Shown one piece after another: positions 59,394 through 64,000 of a stretch of 64,000 bases of DNA; within the stretch, counting starts at the first letter, position 1, and each line of letters starts with the position of its first letter. The notes beneath the pieces are model-generated. The model made no database searches and had not been told where the DNA came from. It was given only the letters and a program-made list of their open reading frames with translations. Position numbers and translations under genes: made by a program. This stretch comes from Spirochaetales bacterium. Lineage in GTDB: Bacteria; Spirochaetota; GWE2-31-10; MWDO01. The DNA lies in NCBI GenBank assembly GCA_017540815.1, contig JAFYAI010000016.1, forward strand, positions 666 to 64,665, in the 5' to 3' direction.

Positions 59394-59430
59394 AAAAATC
59401 CGAGGTTCGTCAGGACCTCGGATTTTTTTG
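59394..59430. terminator. Terminator after the trpB2-like gene
   Basis: aaaaaatccgaggttcgtcaggacctcggattttttt. Confidence 0.7.
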
Positions 59431-59442
59431 TCTTATTATATT

Positions 59443-60810
59443 TTACATCTTCGGCAACGCATCGAATCCTTTCTGCAGATCCGCATCAGTCGGGATATAA
59501 TCCGTCATTGTGCCGTTGTTGTATGCTTCATAAGCCTTGAGGTCAAAGTAACCTGTGCCTGTCAATCCGATAAGGATCGTCTTAGCCTCCCCGGTCTCTT
59601 TGCACTTCATCGCTTCATCGATAGCGACTTTGATAGCGTGGCTGCTCTCAGGTGCAGGCAGGATGCCTTCCACTCTTGCGAATGTAACAGCCGCCTTAAA
59701 TACATCAGTCTGCACTGCGGATCGTGCTTCCATCAGACCGTCATCAAATAATTGTGACAGAACCGAACTCATACCGTGGTATCGCAGACCGCCTGCATGA
59801 TTAGCCGATGGGATAAAGTCAGCACCCAAAGTGTACATCTTAGCCAGCGGACAAACGCGACCTGTATCACAGAAGTCATACGCATACTTACCGCGTGTCA
59901 GACTCGGACAGCTGGCCGGCTCTACAGCGATGATCTGATAATCTTTAATTCCGCGGATCTTATCAGTCATAAACGGAGCGATCAATCCGCCGAGGTTAGA
60001 CCCGCCTCCGGCACATCCAACGACTATATCCGGTGAGATACCGTATTTATCCATCGCTGCTTTAGCTTCCAGACCAATGACTGACTGGTGGAGCAGGACC
60101 TGACTGAGCACACTGCCCAGCACATATCTGTAGCCTTCGGACTTAACAGCTGTCTCAACAGCTTCGGAGATCGCACAGCCCAAACTGCCGGTAGTTCCCG
60201 GATGCTCAGACAGGATCTGTCGTCCTACATCCGTTGTATCAGACGGCGACGGAGTTACGGAAGCACCATAAGTCCTCATAACTTCACGGCGGAACGGTTT
60301 CTGCTCATAAGAGCACTTAACCATATAGACTTTGCAGTCCAATCCGAAATACGAGCAAGCCATCGACAATGCTGTTCCCCACTGACCAGCACCGGTCTCT
60401 GTGGTGACACCTTTCAGTCCCTGCTTCTTAGCATAATATGCCTGTGCGATAGCAGAGTTGAGTTTGTGGCTGCCGCTTGTGTTGTTGCCTTCAAATTTGT
60501 AATAGATCTTAGCCGGCGTGCCTAATTTCTTCTCCAAGAAGTATGCCCTCACAAGCGGTGACGGACGGTACATTTTGTAGAAATCGAGTATCTCCTGCGG
60601 AATCGTAATAAACTCATCGGTATTATTCAACTCCTGCTTCACTAACTCGTCGCAGAATACGCCTCGCAACTCATCGAATGTCATCTCCTTATGAGTGCCG
60701 GGATTCAGCAGCGGTGCCGGTTTGTTCTTCATAACAGCTCGCATGTTCAGCCAAGCTGTCGGCAACTCCTTTTCTTCCAGATAGATTTTGTACGGAATAT
60801 TTTTGTCCAT
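59443..60810 (-). CDS. trpB: Tryptophan synthase beta chain-like PLP enzyme (TrpB2-type, stand-alone)
   Basis: GSHKLNSA…ETGAGQWGTALSMACSYFGLDCKVYM matches the TrpB PLP-lysine region. 455 aa with an N-terminal extension typical of TrpB2. Confidence 0.85.
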   Translation of the reverse strand: MDKNIPYKIYLEEKELPTAWLNMRAVMKNKPAPLLNPGTHKEMTFDELRGVFCDELVKQELNNTDEFITIPQEILDFYKMYRPSPLVRAYFLEKKLGTPAKIYYKFEGNNTSGSHKLNSAIAQAYYAKKQGLKGVTTETGAGQWGTALSMACSYFGLDCKVYMVKCSYEQKPFRREVMRTYGASVTPSPSDTTDVGRQILSEHPGTTGSLGCAISEAVETAVKSEGYRYVLGSVLSQVLLHQSVIGLEAKAAMDKYGISPDIVVGCAGGGSNLGGLIAPFMTDKIRGIKDYQIIAVEPASCPSLTRGKYAYDFCDTGRVCPLAKMYTLGADFIPSANHAGGLRYHGMSSVLSQLFDDGLMEARSAVQTDVFKAAVTFARVEGILPAPESSHAIKVAIDEAMKCKETGEAKTILIGLTGTGYFDLKAYEAYNNGTMTDYIPTDADLQKGFDALPKM

Positions 60811-61011
60811 TTTACCTTGACCTCCTATGCGTCAATTATTAAGATTAATACAAGAATATCATTTTTGCGGATTATTGTCAATCAGAAATATGAAAAATTA
60901 TATATAAACAACTTCCTTAATTTGTATTTTTTTCCGGCAATCTGTAAAAAATATATAAATTAGGAAGATTTAAGTGTTTGAGAAATGTTATTGGTGTGTA
61001 AGTAAAATCAA

Positions 61012-61740
61012 TTACTCATATTTCATCGCGACAAGTCCGGTCAGATCAAAGACAAGTGCTGCTTTGATAATCTTCTTCCCGCTCATATCATAACGATCGG
61101 CATAATGCTTTTCGTCAATCTGACTCAATGCCTCAGCTGCTCGTTTGTCAGGATCTGTTTCCAATGAACATCTGCGGCTGTCGCATCCATGCACTGCAGA
61201 TGCTGCCGACATCCGTGTCGTCAGTATTTTATATTCAAATATATATACCTTGTCAGATAATTCTACAACAGTGTCGGCTCTGCCGCAGAGTGAGACCGAC
61301 TCGCTTGTCGTAGTGAAACCTGTCAGCGTGAATACCATGTGCAGCACATTGCGGTACATATCTTCGCAGACGGATTTGTCTGTCAAATACGGCAGATTGG
61401 CGATACTCGCTTTGATCAGTCCTTCCAGCCGTGCAAAGTCACATTCACGAAGTGCATTGCGAAAATGATATGCGGTTAAGCCTAATCCGTCATTCGTTAT
61501 CGGCGAAATCTTCGGCAGCAGAGACTCATAAAAACCGGATCGGACTTCATAATTCGGCAGACCGAGAGTATAGAGTTTCGATTCTTTATCGTAGCTCTTT
61601 ATCGTAAGATAGCCGGACTGATAAAAAAGCGGCAAAAATCCGACTGCATTCGGCTCAAAGTTATCAAATGCAGACTCCAAAACGGAAGAAGTCTCGACAA
61701 GGTTGGATATATACTCATTATGCTGATTAAAATACCACAC
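61012..61740 (-). pseudogene. 3' fragment, about the last 220 aa, of a paralog of the AAA-ATPase/PDDEXK_9 gene at 51328-52890. The N-terminal ATPase part is absent.
   Basis: Aligns with residues about 300-520 of the intact paralog (…YQSGYLTIKSYDKESKLYTL…IFEYK…ALVFD). No upstream coding continuation. Confidence 0.7.
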
Positions 61741-61914
61741 CGCAGATACATGGATTATGCAGGCAAAGAGTTTTTTCAGTAATATACATAAAAACTTATA
61801 TAAATTAGCAAGTTTCTAAGTTATTTACTTAAAAATTATCAATAAATAAATACTTTTTCAGTGTTTTATTTAAAAACTATTGACAAAGATGAAGTTTTTC
61901 AGTAAAATGTCAGT

Positions 61915-63111
61915 ATGAACAATGAAAACATAAACAGACAAAGTTATATCAATCAACTGGATAAATATCGCAATATACAATTAGTCAAAATATTGTCAGG
62001 CATTCGCCGCTGCGGTAAATCAACACTGCTGGAGATGTATAAACAACATCTGCTGCGAAATGGCATACCCTCAAGTCACATTATTCACAGAAACTACAGT
62101 GCTATCCAATATGAAGATTGGACTGCCAAACAGATGTTTGACGACATCATGTCGGGAATGCACGATGCTGATACGCACTATCTGCTGCTCGATGAAGTGC
62201 AGGAGATAAACGGTTGGGAGCGGACTGTCAATACGCTGTTGGAGACCAACAAAACCGATATATATATAACAGGCTCCAATTCCCGTCTTATGTCGTCAGA
62301 ACTGTCCACATACCTGACCGGTCGGTATGTTCAGATACCGATATACACACTCTCATTCCGTGAATATCGTGATTTCTGCGGTGCCAATCAAACTCGCAAT
62401 AATCTGTTCCAAAAATATCTGCGGTAGGGAGGCTTCCCGATTACTGCTATTGGCAATTTTGACGACAACTCGGTTTATCAGATTGTCGAAGATATATTCG
62501 GCTCGGTTGTAACGAAAGATATTTCCAAGCGGCATAATATCAGCAACACTGCATTGTTTGATAAAGTCGTCAGATTTGTGCTGGAGAATGTCGGCAAGAA
62601 TTTCTCCACTAACTCTATCGTGAAATTTCTTAAAGGTCAGGGGCGGTCTATCAATCCTGAAACAGTCTATAACTACCTTGATTGGCTGGAGAGAGCGTTT
62701 GTAATCTATCGCTGCAACCGCTACGATATACAAGGTAAAAATGTTCTCAAAACTCAGGAGAAATACTACCTCGCAGACAGCAGTCTGAAATATGCTTTGA
62801 TGGGATATAATCCGACATCAGCAGCATCTATGCTGGAGAATATTGTCTACCTTGAACTGTGCCGACGAGGTTATGAAGTCTATACCGGCAAAGACGATAC
62901 TCGCGAGATTGACTTCGTTGGAGTTCGTCAGAATGACAAAATATACATACAGGTCTGCCGTCAGCTGCCTGAGAATTCCGATCGTGAGATAGGCAACCTT
63001 AAACTAATCAAAGACAATTATCCGAAATATGTCTTGACCTTAGATGAAACTGCTATCGGCACTGATGACGGCATTATTATTGAAGATATTAGAGATTGGT
63101 TGGAGAGGTAA
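61915..63111 (+). pseudogene. AAA_14 / DUF4143 ATPase paralog interrupted by a single in-frame TAG at 62425-62427
   Basis: ORFs 61915-62427 and 62554-63111 share one frame. Translating through gives …YLR*GGFPITAIGNF… where intact family members have YLRYGGFP, so TAG replaces a Tyr codon. Confidence 0.7.
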
Positions 63112-63260
63112 GAACAAGCAAATATTGAAAAAAAAGTTATGAATGGAGCAATTTATTGACCAATTCATAACTTTTTTTATTATAACATTCTGTAAATGTC
63201 ATAAGTGCTGCGGATTTAATATATAATAAGCTAAAAGACAATTTACGGAAACGAAAACTC

Positions 63261-63503
63261 ATGTATAAAAACAAAAACGGAAACTTAAATAACATCGCCG
63301 GGCTCAGAATTGCCGAACTGCGGAAAAATCTGTTCCCCGGAATGTCACAGCGAGCATTGGCAGACCAAATGCAGTCTGTCGGTATCGACATCGATAAAAA
63401 CGCAGTGCAGCGGATAGAATGCGGCAAGCGGTTTATCACCGACATAGAACTCAAAGCCTTCGCCGAAGTGCTGAATGTGGATGTGCGGAAACTGCTGTGG
63501 TAG
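63261..63503 (+). CDS. XRE-family HTH protein, 80 aa
   Basis: MSQRALADQMQSVGIDIDKNAVQRIECGKR helix-turn-helix. Confidence 0.7.
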   Translation: MYKNKNGNLNNIAGLRIAELRKNLFPGMSQRALADQMQSVGIDIDKNAVQRIECGKRFITDIELKAFAEVLNVDVRKLLW

Positions 63504-63504
63504 G

Positions 63505-63972
63505 TCACTGCAATATCCCGACGAGCGGACCGGTGTTACGCCCCATCAAGTCGGCACTGACAATGGCAGACCTCTCACTGTGAGCATCATATAATTCAAT
63601 AATATACGATCCGATACCGTTGGGGAAACAGCTGTCAGCCTCTGTCCATCCGTCAAATGAAGTATTCTCCCAGATAATGCTGTCATCAAGATCAAATGCA
63701 GTAACAATCGGAACAGAATCAGCAGTACCGCTAAAATCAGCCGAACTCTGTCCGCAGCAGATAATCTTATCATCAAACAAACTGATCTGATTATACCAGC
63801 AATGCGTATTCACGGAAGGGCATGTCCGAGGAGCAACATTCTCAGCTACCATTGATGACGACAGATAACAGCCCTGCAGTATCTTGCCTGTAAGCATCGC
63901 TTCTCCGCAAATGTAATAATCATCCTGATGACCGTCAATACCGAAAAACAGGCAATTATCATAAGAAGCCAC
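63505..63972 (-). CDS. Hypothetical Cys-rich protein. It may extend beyond the window end.
   Basis: ORF only. The upstream frame is open to position 64000. Confidence 0.35.
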   Translation of the reverse strand: MASYDNCLFFGIDGHQDDYYICGEAMLTGKILQGCYLSSSMVAENVAPRTCPSVNTHCWYNQISLFDDKIICCGQSSADFSGTADSVPIVTAFDLDDSIIWENTSFDGWTEADSCFPNGIGSYIIELYDAHSERSAIVSADLMGRNTGPLVGILQ

Positions 63973-64000
63973 CGTATCGGCAGTCAGATCATCACTCGCA

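Overview
This 64 kb window looks like a bacterial chromosome region. It carries housekeeping genes: rny, cysE, plsX, rpmF, pth, metG, proC, clpS, a trpB2-type tryptophan synthase, and a GldA/F/G-like ABC cluster. Between them sit several AT-rich accessory islands. The organism appears diderm: an outer-membrane beta-barrel candidate ends in a C-terminal Phe, and many proteins carry lipoprotein signal peptides. The fliW-csrA pair, RNase Y, a methyl-accepting chemotaxis protein, an HD-GYP protein and the Gld-like ABC genes fit a Treponema-like spirochaete. That assignment is inference only. A diderm Firmicute cannot be excluded. Accessory content I can support: an orphan Type I RM specificity gene (hsdS) followed by a DUF1016/YhcG-like nuclease gene and an ORF6N-domain gene, with an hsdS 5' remnant and a 9-nt poly-G/C tract; two metal-efflux loci (an ArsR-family repressor with a Cd/Zn P-type ATPase, and a CopA with an unusual leader ORF and a C-terminal CopZ-like domain preceded by its own Shine-Dalgarno); a DUF4258/YgiT-zinc-finger toxin-antitoxin-like pair and a PIN-domain pair; degraded paralogs of two ATPase families; an AT-rich five-gene cassette of uncharacterised exported and lipoproteins (EcsC-like protein plus two tandem paralogous lipoproteins); and an AT-rich four-gene island of unknown function. 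I could not support any known named defence system. The unknown cassettes are therefore the best candidates for something undescribed. No CRISPR, rRNA or tRNA was found. Several non-coding structures stand out: a roughly 90-nt leader element with two covarying hairpins shared by two exported-protein genes; a family of bidirectional terminator hairpins with a conserved core; 12-bp and ~32-bp tandem repeats; and two leaderless-type promoters.
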